A DNA stretch of 64,000 nt from the NCBI GenBank assembly GCA_964016885.1, contig OZ024751.1:42408001-42472000 (forward strand), written 5' to 3'. Under the pieces are notes generated by a model that had not been told where the DNA came from, ran no database searches, and was given only the letters and a program-made list of their open reading frames with translations. This document shows positions 41,088 to 57,209 of this stretch, piece after piece. The first letter of the stretch is position 1; every line of letters begins with the position of its first letter. The translations under genes and the position numbers were made by a program. The stretch is from Eledone cirrhosa (taxonomy: Eukaryota).

Positions 41088-41463
41088 CAGGAGTAATTAA
41101 CGAAAGGAAATGTAAAACTTTCTTTTTCGTTTGTTTTGGTTCTTGATATGCAAATATGCTAAGAAGGGGCTAGCAACGTTGTTGAAATGTACATTTCAAC
41201 CCTCCCATTTTCGACCTGTGCTAAGAAGGGGCTAGCAACCGACATTTCAACCCTCCCATTTTCGACCTGTAGGGGCTAGCAATTGTTGATGAAATGTACA
41301 TGTCAACCCTCCCATTTTTGACCTGTGCTAAGAAGGGGCTAGCAACAGGATGTAGCACAGGTCGGAAGATTGAAATGTACATTTCATCAATTTTTGCATA
41401 TTAAAAATGAAAACAAACGAAAAAGACATTTTTGTTGTTGTTTCCTTTCCTTAATTACTCCTG
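41088..41463. mobile_element. Fold-back/MITE with long imperfect TIRs and internal ~60-bp tandem units
   Basis: caggagtaattaacgaaaggaaa / tttcctttccttaattactcctg; repeated gctaagaaggggctagcaac...ccctcccattttcgacctgt. Confidence 0.75.
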
Positions 41464-42383
41464 TCTCTCAAGATGAAATCTTTAATCCTTTGGCTAGAAG
41501 TTTAACAAGTGTCAGTGCTTGACTTACTGAGGGTGACCCTAACACACCCTTGGGCTGGGGTGGGCTCATTTTTAAAAGTACATTTTTATTTTATCATTAG
41601 TTTTTATTCTTTAACACTAAATCAATATACTGGGCGACCCCCCTCCATCCCAAAATGTATACATACTTTTATTAGTATGCTTTTGAAGTGTGTATACCTT
41701 TTTTTGGAACACCCTGTATGTATGTATATATATATATATATATATATATTATCCTTTATCATTAACATTAATTTAAAATATAATTATATCTTTTTTTAGA
41801 GAAGGGCCTTAAATTTCATAGTTTAGGCTCCTGGAAGGTGGAAGTCTAGCCCTGTGCTGAGTCCACCATATATATATATATATTATGGAAAACATTGAAA
41901 AGTGGACGATAAGATATATATATAGAATGGGTAACCGAGACTGCATGGCTGTATATATACACATTTTAAATAAATAAATGAATATATATATATAAATTTA
42001 TATATATGCTCAAAGCCCTGGTTTTGAGGTACATTTGCCGATGTGTGTCTCTTTCACTGAACAAACACACATATTAATATATATATATATATATATATAT
42101 ATGAATGAAATATGTTACTAGTTGTTAAGACCAGTAAAATCCTTATTCAACCCAGTCAGTATTCTATATTTAAGGGAATTAGAGTGTAGTTAGATATTAT
42201 TATTGGTATTTTTTGGTCCCACAGCTTAGCTTAAACTGTTGCTATGGAAACAGTTTAAGCTTAGCCGGCAGGTTGATAAAGTTTTCTTCCTCCTCAGCAA
42301 AACTGACACGAGTGTGTTTTTGTGCTCCATTAAACTGACTAACAAGTTACATTTATATGGTGGAATTAGATAAACACTTTGAA

Positions 42384-42722
42384 GGAGGCACATGGCTTAG
42401 TGGTTAGAGCATTGGCCTGGCAATCGAAAGGTTGTGAGTTCAATTCTCAGACCGGGTGATGTGTTGTTTCCTTGAGCAAGACACTTTATTTCACATTGCT
42501 CCAGTTTACTCAGCTGTAGAAATGAGATGATAGGGACTGGGGGTCCCTATCATTCCACTGCAAAGTGGTCGTGGAGGTGCCACGGCAAAAAAGCACCCAG
42601 CCCTCACTGTAAATGAGGTTGGTGTTAGGGCATCCAGCTGTAGAAATCAAGCCAGAATCAGTTCCCGTCCCACCCTTGCTAGCAGGGAAAAAGCGGACGT
42701 AAAATGAAATGAAATGAAATGA
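42384..42722 (+). mobile_element. SINE family S1
   Basis: Matches the 2375 copy. Confidence 0.92.
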
Positions 42723-43309
42723 TTTGTTCTATTGCTTTTAATTTAAATCTTACAAGATTATCTGTTATGAACTGTCATGCCAACTTTACTAAAAATTTAA
42801 GTTGAAAAGAAAAATTATATATCAATGGTGGTGCCATCCTGTTGGCCAAGATCACGAGGCAGACTGACCCTTAAGTTTCATTTGTGGTGGTGGTGGTATG
42901 TGGAATATATTTACTTCCATAAGCATGAGTAGGTTGAGAAATGAAACAAGATGTTGAAACGATTAAAAACAGTTAAAACGATAGATAAATAGATAGACAT
43001 AAACAAATACATTTATTTAATTAACATCAAACTATATAAAACTTTTCAACAATTGTTGTATAAAAGCCTATCATAATTTTGGCCTTTTTGATTCCAAACC
43101 ATTTCTGATTTTACGATACAAGGCTCTTTATTTTAGTAAAATGACTTTTAATTTGTAAAGTCTACTAAATTTTTTAATTTATGTTTTTCTTCAACTAAAT
43201 ATATTTAAGGAAATACTGAAAGAAAATAATTGCTAGTTATCACAGACTGTCACATTGTAATAACATTCATAATTTAGGAAGTCATTAATTATTGTAATCA
43301 AACATTTAT

Positions 43310-43660
43310 GCGTAGACTGGAGATAAATGAAGAAACTATACTTCGTGGGATGTGCAATGTAAGTGTGAGAGAAAGGCAGAGCTTGGGCAAGTTGAGGGAG
43401 AAGCTGGGTTTAGGAGGAATTTGAGGTGGTGTGCAGGAGAGAAGACTGTGTTATTATGGACATGTGATGTGCATGGATGATGATTGCTGGGTGAAGAAGT
43501 GCCAGGAAATGCCAGTGGAAGGAAGTCACAGTAGAGATTGACTAAGGAAGACCTGGGCAGAGGTTGTGAGAGCTAAGCTCAAATCGCTTAGACTCATAGA
43601 GGAGAGATGCAGTGCTGAGAAGGACCCATCCTACGTATGCAAGGAACAATAGATATAAAA
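43310..43660 (+). pseudogene. Decayed RTE-type LINE 3' end
   Basis: Translates as LREKLGL...VQERRLCYYGHVMCMDDDCWVKKC..MPVEG...RKTWAEVV with stops. Confidence 0.8.
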
Positions 43661-44699
43661 ACGATTTGAGTTTCATCATTTCTAGGAAAGTTAATATTTA
43701 AGATTAAGAAAGCATAATGAATCAGATTATCGTAGCTTCTTCCTCTAATTTTATATCTAGAGAGTTTGGGCTGAGCCCTTATTTCAAAGGGCTCTTCTTG
43801 GATCAGAATCGGTTTTGTGTCTTCCTGTTTGTAGTAGAAATTTCTCAGTGCTAACCCTTTCGTTACCATATTTCTAATGAAAAGAAAACTGTCAGAGATT
43901 TTCAATATCAGTTTTCTCTCCTGCACACCACCTCGGGAATGCTTTTGTGGTCTTGTCTGTAGGGCACAGCCCCAATGTTGCCTAGACCTAGAGCCCATCT
44001 CCCTTCCCAGTCTTCTGTGACCCTAGAGCTCTTGCCTTTCCCTTCCTTTCCATTTTCATAACCACAAAAGACACTTGAGTTAATAAATGAAAGTTAATGT
44101 TTGAAAATAATTAAGAATTTGGAAGGATTTAGTAAGACTAAATTTTTAAATAGACATAGACCCTTTCATTCTGGTATTTCTAATGAAAGACGCTCTGTAT
44201 GATTTGCAAATCATTTTGAAAATAATCACAATATGGTAACTCGTCTAACTCGTGCTAATGCGGAAAAATGGACGTTAAACGGTGGTGATGATAAGTAGAT
44301 GTGGTTTTGGTACCACAAAGAATAACTTTCAAATGAAGATTTATTTAACTAACAGCTATACTTTTGATATATTGGAAGCCATATATTGAAAGAGATGTTA
44401 AAGTTTGCATCATTTTCTAATTTATTTAATCGATCTGTTTTATTTTTAATGGCAATATAAGTAAAATTATTTTATTTTTGATACTATTCAAGATATCAAA
44501 TAATTATCATACAATAAAATTTTAAATTAAATTACAGATATTCTGAACTTCTTTCATTCTAAGATGCTTATTAATTTTTCAGTATTTAGGATATAAGTTA
44601 AATAGCTATTTACCAATTATGTGTATGTATGTATTTGTGTATACACACACACATATATATATATGTATATTAAAATAACAGATTAAAGTTTACGCAAAG

Positions 44700-45010
44700 A
44701 ATATACGTGAACGGCAAAACATAAATGAACTGAGAAATTAGGAATAAGAGGGATCAGATGCTGTTTACTTGAGAGAAGACTACGTTGGTATGGTCACGTG
44801 ATGTGCATGAAAGACGACAGCTGTATAAAAAAGTGCAGGGCGATCAAAATTGATGGAAGTTACGGAGTAGGTAGACCCAGAAAAACCTGGGACGATTTGA
44901 TAAATTCCGACATTACACACTTGCACCTTTCTAAGACAATGTCACTGGACCAAGATCTTTGGTGCCATGCAGTAATACAGAAGACCCACCTTGCCTATGT
45001 ACAAAGCGAA
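44700..45010 (+). pseudogene. Decayed RTE-type LINE 3' end
   Basis: ERRLRWYGHVMCMKDDSCIKKC...GRPRKTWDDLI..D. Confidence 0.8.
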
Positions 45011-46814
45011 ACCTACAGTCAGTAGGCACCTCTTAACCAAATATACACTCCAATCCACTACCCCTACTCCACTCTCAGCAACACCACCCTTTCTCTGTAA
45101 AGTTGGTACCACAACATCCAGTCCAAATAAATGAGATATTGAGATCGTGTAGGTGTCACAACAAAGAAACACACAGTCCACGCTGTAATGTGGCCGTATA
45201 GGTAACGCGATAAAAAGTTCCCGGGTCGACACTGTAAATGTGGTTGGTGTTAGGAAGGGCATCCAGCTGTATAAAACTTGCCAGATGGTCCTATGTGAGT
45301 GAGACATGGTCCCCTGACCAACCTTGCCTCAAATTGCGACAACTCCCGTCTAACCCACGCTAGTGCGGAAGATGGACGTAAAATGATGATGATGATGATA
45401 TATATATATATATATATATCATCATTTTTACGTTTGTTTTTCCAAGTTTGCATGGGTTGTATGGTGCCTTTTCAGCACAGCATCTCTCCATTCGCCGCGT
45501 TCCTTCATCTCCTCTACGAGGTTTAACTTTATTGTGCTTTATAGTTTTTTGACTGGATGTCCTTCCTATCATCAACCACTTTACAGCATGAACTGGGTGC
45601 ATTGTTCATGCTGCAACCACCAGAGAGGTTGTCTTACTAGACTTGAGTCCTTTCCACCCTATATTAGTTTTTATTTAGTGTCTACTCTCCTAGATGGGTT
45701 GCCTTCACTACGGCTAACGGAGTCCATGTCTTACACACACATATAAACAAACCTATTTGTAGCCAATCTCTTGGACTTTTACAAAGCACTTTTGGGATAA
45801 AGTTATAAAGAGTGGTGTACTCATGCGCAGAGATGCTGCAAAATAGTTTGTGGCACCAGCATGACCACCTTACAGTGTGTGTGTGTATATATATAATATA
45901 TATATAATATGCTGGCATTTTGTATTGCAAACCAATATTTAGTTGGTGGCTGACTACCAGACTGCAACTTGTAATTAATTTGCGGTGCTATAGAAAGCAC
46001 CTGCAGCTTTGATTCAGTAGATATTTGAAACCTTTTACATAGTTGTTAATCAAAATATTTTTGTTTTTGAGACTAACACAGTTTTAATTATCCCTTAATA
46101 CCTCCAATTGATTGTCAGTAAAAAAAAAGGTTCCTTTATAACATTTAATTCATTAAAAAGAAAACTGATTCAAACCTAAATACATTTCAGTGGTTTTGAA
46201 TTCTTTCACTTTTCTATAAACCAAACATGTGTAATTCTAAATGCTTGATCAATTTCTTTTCTTGCAATTTTTCTATTGAATCTTCAGATCTTTTATTGGG
46301 TTTTTGTTTTTTAAATTTCTATAGAAAAAAATAGTTTGTTTTGAAATTGAAAATATTGCTTTCAATGAATGCAGCTAACTATATTGTTATTTAAGTAGTT
46401 TAGAGATTGGGGAGTTATTCTGAAAATACCCATTTGTTAACTCTTCTTTGTTATCTCTTAACATCCTGTACTGCATAGAACTGCATTATATAGCAAAGAC
46501 AACTCTTTAAAATGTATAGAAACAAACAGCACTATGACTGCATCACATGTAAATAATTGAATTGAAAAACAAAAAAGATAAGTTTTGGTTTAAACAACAG
46601 GATTATCAGGGATATTATCATACCAGCCAAATGCTTCTAAAGAGAAACTGTATGGAAAAACAAATCTGCTTTTAAGCTGTCCTAAAATGTATCCTGGAAA
46701 TAGTTGGACCTTTATTGGTTCCAATGTTGGGTTTTTACAGTTATTTGATCAACATATAGTTAACAAAACAAAGTTTCTGTGGATTTTGTAGCCACTTACA
46801 ATTGAGTTAAGTTC

Positions 46815-47545
46815 TAGTGATATTGTGAACAATATCAATGTCGAAGCAAGTAGCTTAGGTCTCAATATCAGTGCCAAGAAGACCAAAAGCATGTTATCTG
46901 GGACATACCCACCACCAATCAGTGTCTTCATTGAACAGGAGGAGGTGGAGATAGTGGACAACTTCACCTACCTAGGAAGCTCCATTAACAATGAGGGCAC
47001 CATGGACAGTGAACTGCAATGTAGAATGAGAAAGGCTTCAGCAGCATTTAACCATCTTTGACAAGATCTGGAAGAGCAGGAAGTTCACCCTCAAAACAAA
47101 GATGAGATTCTACAACAGCAACGTGCTGTCCACACTCTTGTATGGAAGTGGAACATGGCACCTTAAGACCAGCCAAGAGAAGTTGGTCCACATGTCTGCA
47201 AAAGATCCTGGGGATTAAATGGAGTGACCATGTAACAAACCAGGAAGTCAGGAACCGCACCAACCAGCAGCTAGTCTCTTCTACCATCTGCAAGCGACGC
47301 CTGGGCTGGTTTTGACACGCTTTGAGACTTCACCCAGAGAGACTGGCGAACCAAGTACTTAAATGGAGCCTGCAGGGAAGCAGATGGAGAGGGTGACCCA
47401 AAATGAACTGGCGCCAGACAGTTGAGAGGGACCTGCGAGCGACAAACAGACAATGGCGGGACACTGTGCAACTGGCTGCTGACCGAACGTGGTGGAACAC
47501 TATGATTGCCTCATGCATCGCAAGACGTGGGAGTTTCTGAGTCTA
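46815..47545 (+). pseudogene. RTE-like LINE 3' fragment (RT C-terminal region), frameshifted
   Basis: GLNISAKKTK...FTYLGS.I....ELQCRMRKASAAF; KMRFYNSNVLSTLLYGSGTW; RRLGWF*H. Confidence 0.88.
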
Positions 47546-47564
47546 GTGATTGAATAACTACACA

Positions 47565-49490
<1,926 letters not shown>

Positions 49491-50814
49491 TAATTTTATG
49501 GAAAAAGAAATTCTTTCAAATAATGAATCACAGTCACCCCTCTCCCCCTCACCTAACTGTATACAGTGACTCCCTCTATCAGCCCTCTCTATTTCTTCCC
49601 TATAAATTAAGTGTATAGTTCTTTCACTCTAGTTTGATGGTTTATTAGAAAATAAAGTATCTACAGTATATTTTTCATTTTATAAATTTCTTGCTGTGAA
49701 AAAAACTTTGATTGTATAGGATAATAAATTGATTATTGCTTATTATAAGGTATTGGTTGAAAATTTTAGCCATTAAATATTTTGCTTTTAACCCAACAAT
49801 CTTTAAGAGAATTTATCTCTTCTCAATATTTATGCCTACAGGTCCTAACAACCTTTAATGTGTACAGGTTTTAAATGTTCAGAGTTTGTGTATCATAAAA
49901 AAAAATTCTGTTTAACCCTTTTGTGACCATATTTCTAATGAAATACTCTATTTTGATTAATTATTGAAGAATTTTGAGAGATTTATGGAAAATTTTGATT
50001 ATTTCATTACTAAGATAGTAAATTAACATATGATTCTGATATAAAATTATGTTGAAAGATTTTAATTTAGATAGGAACCCTTAAAAATGGGTGGTTTTGT
50101 TTAATAGAACACAAATTGGTTTTTGATCTGGTTGATATCAAAGGGGTTAATAATAATCATAACTTTTTAGTACTGCTACCTTTTGATAACAACCTGCTTA
50201 AAACTTCCATTGGTTCTACGAAACAAGCCCTCCCTTCCTCATTTTAAAGGATTCCTATTTAAGTTTAATTAAATCTTTCAGCTTTGGTTATATTCCAATG
50301 GACAATCCAATTCTAATCAGCGCCTTCTCACTCCTGTTGGAGGAACCCTCCCTGGGTTAACCTTCACTACTTTGTTTGGTTTTGGTTATGTCTTCAGGAG
50401 TATGGCCATACTCACCACACCTAGCCAATTGTGGGTTGGTGAGGCTATTTAACCCATGGATGGATGACTGTTGACTCTGAGGAGTTCATCAACCCTTTTT
50501 TAACAGCTCATTTTTTTTGTGCTGCTGGTGTTCCATTTACCCTCCTCAACAGACCTGGGTCTAGTGAGGGCAGCAAGTTTAGTTGCTGACCACTTGACCA
50601 TGAAGCATGTTGTATTGGGTTACATGACACCAGTAGCAGGCAGAAGCCTAACCCGACCAATATTCGAATATAAGCTGAGGAATATATTACCAAAATATCG
50701 AAGTTAAAATGAGGGAGTCGACTTGTATTCGGGGTCAATATTTTGATGTAAATAAGGTTTGGATTTCTGTCTATTTCTCAGACATAAAATAGTGGGGTTG
50801 GCTTGTATTCCAGT

Positions 50815-51003
50815 CATCATCATTTTACGTCCGCTTTTCCCTGCTTGCAAGGGTGGGACGGGTCTTATTCAGCACAGCATCTCTCCACTCGTCACGGTCC
50901 CTCGTCATCTCCACCGTGAGCTTCAATGATCTGAGGTCTATTCTCACCACCTCCGCCCATGTTTTTCGTGGTCTACCTCTACCACGTCTTCCTTCAACTG
51001 GCA
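50815..51003 (-). mobile_element. Young 5'-truncated RTE-type LINE end with 8-bp TSD, inserted in a pogo/Tc1-like remnant (about 50660-51021)
   Basis: PVEGRRGRGRPRKTWAEVVRIDLRSL...; TSD attccagt at 50807-50814 and 51004-51011. Confidence 0.85.
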
Positions 51004-52613
51004 ATTCCAGTATATACGGTAATTAATAATTTTAGTAAATCTCTCCAAATTCTTCATTAATTAATTGAAATACTTCGTATTTCATTAGAGATATGGGTAA
51101 GGAAAGGGTTAAAAGAATTATTTGTTCTTCCAGTAGTAGTTGCTCAGCTTTCTGGTGTCCCCATTAGTAGCTCATGTTATTCTGCTTACATACACATTTG
51201 GTCATTTCTCTTCTTCCTGCTATTTGATGATAATTCAATAATTTATAGTTTGTATTTCTTCTCTGGACTAATTATACATTCTACTCTGTACAAATAATAA
51301 AATACTTTCCACTATCTTCTATGTCATTTCATCTTCCAATTGAAGTAAGCTTGTCTACTCAAACAGAACTCTCCTTTTGATTATGATCTTTACACGGAAT
51401 TTTATTATATATTTTTTGCATGTAGTAGGTTTCTCTTTCAATCCGATATCATGTTTGTCTTCTTAAATCAAATTATTATTTATATGGATTGGCAGTATCG
51501 GTAGAGGGTCGGACGCCATGCTTTCCAGCATAGTTACGTCCCTTTACGATCTGAGTTCAAATCCCGCCGAGGTTGACTTTGCCTTTCATCCTTACGGGGT
51601 CGATAAAATAAAGTACCAGTAATGCACTGGGTAATTGCTGGCCTTGTGCCAAAAGTAGAAACAATTATTTATAGTTTTCTCTCTATATATACTTCCTGTT
51701 AACATATATTATTAAGTAGCAACTTTCTTTATTGTTTAGTGTTCTTTTATTTCACTTCTGTGTTGAGAAAGGAGAATTTTTTTTAACCTATTTCAGTGAA
51801 ATACTGCACCTCCTCAACGTGTTATTATTTTAACCTATTTCACTGAAATGCTGCAGCTCCTCAAAATGTTATTTTCCTCTTTGTGTCAATGTTCTGACTT
51901 CTTCTTCTCATGTTTTCCTTTGTGAAATAAAGCATCTTTCTCCAGGACACAACACATCACCTGGTCTTGGAATCGAACTCGCAACCTCATGGTTGTCAAT
52001 CAGATTCTCTAACCACTAAGCCACGTCTTCACTTTTGTCCACAAGCATCATATATAACCTTTTTACTCTGACAATTACGCTTTCAGCTATTTCTATGGAG
52101 TCTTCTAAATATTTGGAAGAATATATTTCATGCATGCTCTTACTGCTACCATCTCCTGTGAATCTGCTACATACAAAGTCTTCCTGCCTGTGATTGCACT
52201 ACACCCCTTGTAGTACACCTTTAGTTTACTATGGGTACACTGTATGGAATTTTTACTTACTTCTTTCCTACATAATAGGCGTGGCCACTTTCCAGGTGGC
52301 TATAGAGTTCTGTCTTCTTTCCTGATAGGTTTTCTCTTAGGTTATCCCATTCTAAGCTTTGCTTCTGTATTTCATATACCTCCAAATCTTCAACAGATTC
52401 AACTACCAGAACTAGGTCATCAGCATACAGTTCCTACCAACAGCTGCTTTTAAACTCCTCTGTTATGGTCTGGAGAACTTTAAATAAACAAGAGATAGTT
52501 AAGAACTGGGTCCCTGCAGACACTTTGTGTGAGTGTGTATGTATATATATAGAGAGAGTTGCTCTATATCTTGGATATTTTTACCTACCTTTTACTACTA
52601 TATATATGTATAT

Positions 52614-52712
52614 TACTTCTGTGTTCACAGATTGATTTTAGTTTCAGAAGATCCCGTTAAGGGTGGAAGCAGCGATTCTTTGCTTAAACTTTAATCTGTT
52701 ATTTTAATAAAT
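52614..52712 (+). mobile_element. Family F fragment with CAGAAGA hammerhead variant (52640-52690)
   Basis: Matches 15246-15347; GAAA mutated to GGAA. Confidence 0.75.
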
Positions 52713-55490
52713 TAATATATATATATACTTATTGAACTTGTTGCTAACTCTCACATTTACTGGTAGTATCTCTCTCTACATGACTGCCACGGCACTTACA
52801 AGCCATTCTTGCGTGGCCTAAAGGTTGGGATGCTTAATGTACGATCATAATTTGTAGGCTCGATTCCTACGTTGTGCTCTTGAGCAAAATGCTTTATTCA
52901 CGTTGCTCCAGTACATTCAGCTGAGATGAGTGAGTACCAGCAGTAGCTGGAGATTTAAACCTGTGATAGATAGACCGGTGTCCTGTCCAGGGGAGAACCA
53001 TGTTCTTTTAGTTGCTTAACACCAAGTAAACTGGGGTTAAGCCCTGGCCTAATGAGCCTCAGGGCTTAGAACAGACTTTAACTAACTTAACAGAAAGTGG
53101 TACCATGTCAAATACTTTTTCCTGGTCACTGAATGTTTATCTTCCAATCATTTTCAGTCTTCTTTTCTGTGTCCTTATATCTTTTGTAGTGCAGAACCAT
53201 GAGTATGTTTTATGCAGTTTGATAGCAAAGGGGGTTAACTATGTTTTAGAAGAGTGAACACACATATCTACACTGTTCTAGATGAGGGAACAGAGATATC
53301 TACACTGTTCTAGATGAGTGAACAGAGACATCTACACTCTGTTCTAGATGAGTGAACAGACATATCTACAGTCTGTTCTAGACCAGTGAACAGACATATC
53401 TACAGTCATGTATTTGTTAATAATTTATTCAAAGTAAAAACAGAAATGCCAAGTAAAAATATCAATTCTGATTATTATTATTATTTCCCCTCACTCTACA
53501 GAAATTGTGATATGCCGTCATTCATTATCTTCTGTGTACAAGGATATTAAGTAACATTCTAGTGGCAAAACTAGTTAATTTATCACATGTCGAAATAGAA
53601 CTTTTTTCAATTTCAAAGTGATTACTTGAGATTCCAATTGAACAGTTGGGAATATATTTTTTTTTTTTAGAAATAGCTAAAAGATCTTTAGATAATATGT
53701 ACAAACAATGTTTTCAAAACATAAAAGCAAAGATAAAATATAATTAAAAAAAAAAAAATAGAAAGAAAAAAAAAAGCATAACATACAATGGTAAAATTGT
53801 CATTGTTTCCTTTATTCAAAGATGTGCTGAGAGACATGTTTAGAATTAATTCTGCTAAAACTGTAGAAATATCTACTTAAAATGATGTCTTGAAAATTTG
53901 TTGGACAGACGCTAATAGAAAGAAAAAAGAAAAAAGATTTGAACAATTTGATTAGTTTAAACTTGTCAGTAGGAAATCTTAGTAATTGGCCTTTATCTCG
54001 TTTACAAATGACAGCTGATTAAAGGATTCATTTATCATGCTAACACAAACACACACACTTTCAGTCAATGGGGGAGATATTTTAAACTGATTTGAAATTG
54101 CTCTTTTAAGTTGTAGTAGTGAAGTGAGAGAAACTGGTGGTTGTAGTTAAGATTTAACGAGAGAATTAACTCTAAATGAAACACTAGCCATGTAAATTTA
54201 TCTCTTAAACGTCCTGTACCACATCCAACAGCATTAGCAAGACATTACCAAAACCACATAACCACATTAGCAAGACATTCTTGAAAAATATAAGACACTG
54301 TGACTGTATCACATGAAAAATTAGTTTTTACATTAATACTGCAGATTTTCATAAGTCTGTCCACTAGTAAAGATACTATAAACATTTGAATTAAACTTTA
54401 TTTAAAAAAAATATATTTTCTAAATCATTACAGTATATTAAAGAGTTAATAAATATACATTCCTAATTTGTTCGAAGATTATTTTAATTTGCTACAAGAA
54501 TATTTTAGTTTGCACCAAGATTATTTTAATTCGCTCTGGGTTTAATTGGCTTTGAGATTATTTTAATTTACATTTGACAGGTGTAGTTACAAGTGTCAAA
54601 GACCCTACCATCTTTTGTGCACCCATTGTTTTGGGGGACTGTTGAATTTTACCTATTCTGTTTCTATATACTGAGCAAATACCATTGCTTGACAAAAATT
54701 TCTTAAAATTATGTCAAATTGAATCAGCTTGGTACCAGTGATGTCACAACTCATTTCTACAGCTGAGTCAAGTGGAGCAACATGAAATAAAGTGTCTTGC
54801 TCAAGGCTACAACACATCACCTGGTCCAGGAATTGAATTCACAACCTCAATGGCAAGCCCACTAACCCTATCAAAATAGAAGTTCACACACTTACTTACC
54901 TACAGAGGTGTGGTACCTTATCAAAATAGAGGTTTGTTTGTTGCCAAGTATTTTTCTAGCTGTGGTTTAGACAGAAATATAACATGTCACTTTAGATTTA
55001 GGCAATAATTCTACACTACATTCCATCCCAGCTTCACTAATACTGTTTGCCTACTTTCCTAACTTGATCCATTAACTTAAAACACTAGTCATTTTCTTTC
55101 ACTATTCATCACCTGTAATGGTATTAGTACTATTACTACCACTACAGCAGTTATTTGAGCATCTTCATTGACTCAACTACTATCTGAGGTGACAGTAATC
55201 CTACTGTTTTCATCATGTTATATCTGATTTTTTTTATTTTTATGTGAAGGCGCATGGACTAGTGGTTAGAGAATTGGATTCACAATTGTGAGGTTGTGAG
55301 TTTGATTCCTGGACCGGGTGATGCATTATGTCCTTCAGCAAGACACTTTATTTCACGTTACTCTTTCTGCCAGGAGTTGCAAGGGAAAGACCAATGCAAA
55401 CATTGTTTCCTTGGTTCTAATTTGATGAGGTTCACCCCACTTTACCAAAGGACAGATAATTAAATGCAATTTGGAACAGGCATTATCATA

Positions 55491-55688
55491 CGAGGGTCAG
55501 CTGAAAAGTTTATAGGCTGACCAAGATACTCTCATGGAATGATTAAATGAGGTTTATTTATCAACATAGTCCCTGGAAAGAAACAATGCAGTTATTAATA
55601 AGAAGAGTTGAAATTAATGCATGCAAGATTTCACAGCTCTAGCATCATTCTTCTATCGTCAGCTCATGAATTTTTAAGTCTACTTTTA
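55491..55688. mobile_element. Tc1/mariner-type MITE
   Basis: ta|cgagggtcagctgaaaagtt; right TIR decayed. Confidence 0.75.
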
Positions 55689-57209
55689 TATATACATACA
55701 TTATAAGACATTTTCAAAAGCCAAATATTTTTATCTGCTATTTATTCATCAATGAAATCATTGCTATTCATATGTCTTGCTACTGTGTTTCAATGTGGTA
55801 CAGGATACAGGATATTAAGAGTAAAATTGAGGCGAAGGACAATAGTTGTGGGTTGATCATTACAGCATGTTGTTTATGTTCATATCTAAATAGTTATTGC
55901 TGCTAGAACCATACATACATAGCTAACAACATACCACTCCTCTAGAAACTATATATAGCAGAAAGCTGTACCAAGATTTTTTTCTTCTTACTTCAGCAAA
56001 GGAAATTATTAAATTTCATATAACAAAAATCACTTGAAGATCTGAATAACTCAACAGTTAGCTGGTTGGTAAACACTCAACAAAACATGCAGCACATACA
56101 TTCATATGGTTTTGTATGTATGTGTATATATATATATATAATTACATATATAATTACCTATGTATATAGATATATATATGTAGTAATTATGAGTTACTAG
56201 CAGCGACGCTGGTCGAAGCATTCAATGCTGTTACTGGGTCCCTTTCTCGTTGGGTTGTGCTCCAGGTTTAAGGCAGTTGTAGTTTGCAGAGTGTATATAA
56301 AGAGGTGTTGATTAAGAGTTGGCATCCGATCGCATTGTTAAACGGCAGTATCGGTAGAGGGTCGGATGCCATGCTTTGCAGCACAGTTACGTCCCTTTAT
56401 GGTCTGAGTTCAAATCCCGCCGAGGTTAACTTTGCGTTTCATCGTTACGGGGTCGATAAAATAAAGTACCAGTAATGCACTGGGGTAATTGCTGGCCTTG
56501 TGCCAAAAGTAGAAACAATTATTAAACCCGAGCTGATCAATATAGAAACACTTGTAATATGAAATAGTTTCACAAAAAGCTGCAATTCTTATTGTCACTT
56601 TGTGTGTATATATATATATATATACTTCCACCCCCACCAACACCACCCTCTTTCTGTAAAGTTGGTACCACAACATCCAGTCCAAATAAATGAGATCGTG
56701 TAGGTGTGACGACAAAAAAAAAAAACAGTCCACGCTGTAATGTGGTCGTGTAGGTAACATGGTAAAAAGTTCCCAGTTCCACATTGTAAATGTGGTTGGT
56801 GTTAGGAAGGGCATCCAGCCGTAGAAAACCTGCCAGATAGTCCTATACGAGCGAGACACGGTCACCCAACCAAGCTGGCCTCAAGTGGGACAACTCCCGT
56901 CTAACCCATGCTAGCGTGGAAGATGGACGTTAAACGAAGATTCTGAAATTTTAATTTTATTTCTTTTTTAAGAGGACTAGAATAATACCATTATAAAATG
57001 TCAGTTGTTTTCCCATTTGTATCAGCTGAGTAACAATAGATTTTGTCTTTTATATATTTTGTATCTGTTATATTTATTTGTTTGTTGCATCAAATAGTTT
57101 TCGCTTTTCTGATACAGAATTTTTATACAGCAGCCAAATTATAAACAGTGAAGTCTAGATATAATCTAATGAAAGATTGTTTGCAATCCATCCCCATAGT
57201 AGTGTGATA

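Noticed and set aside
53501-54675. Acceptor-like sites (ctctacag near 53500, tttgacag near 54580) as exon 2 of the 38917 gene
   Set aside because: In the required phase both run into stops without a clear donor; the CQRPYHLLC resemblance to a PHD finger is too short to support.
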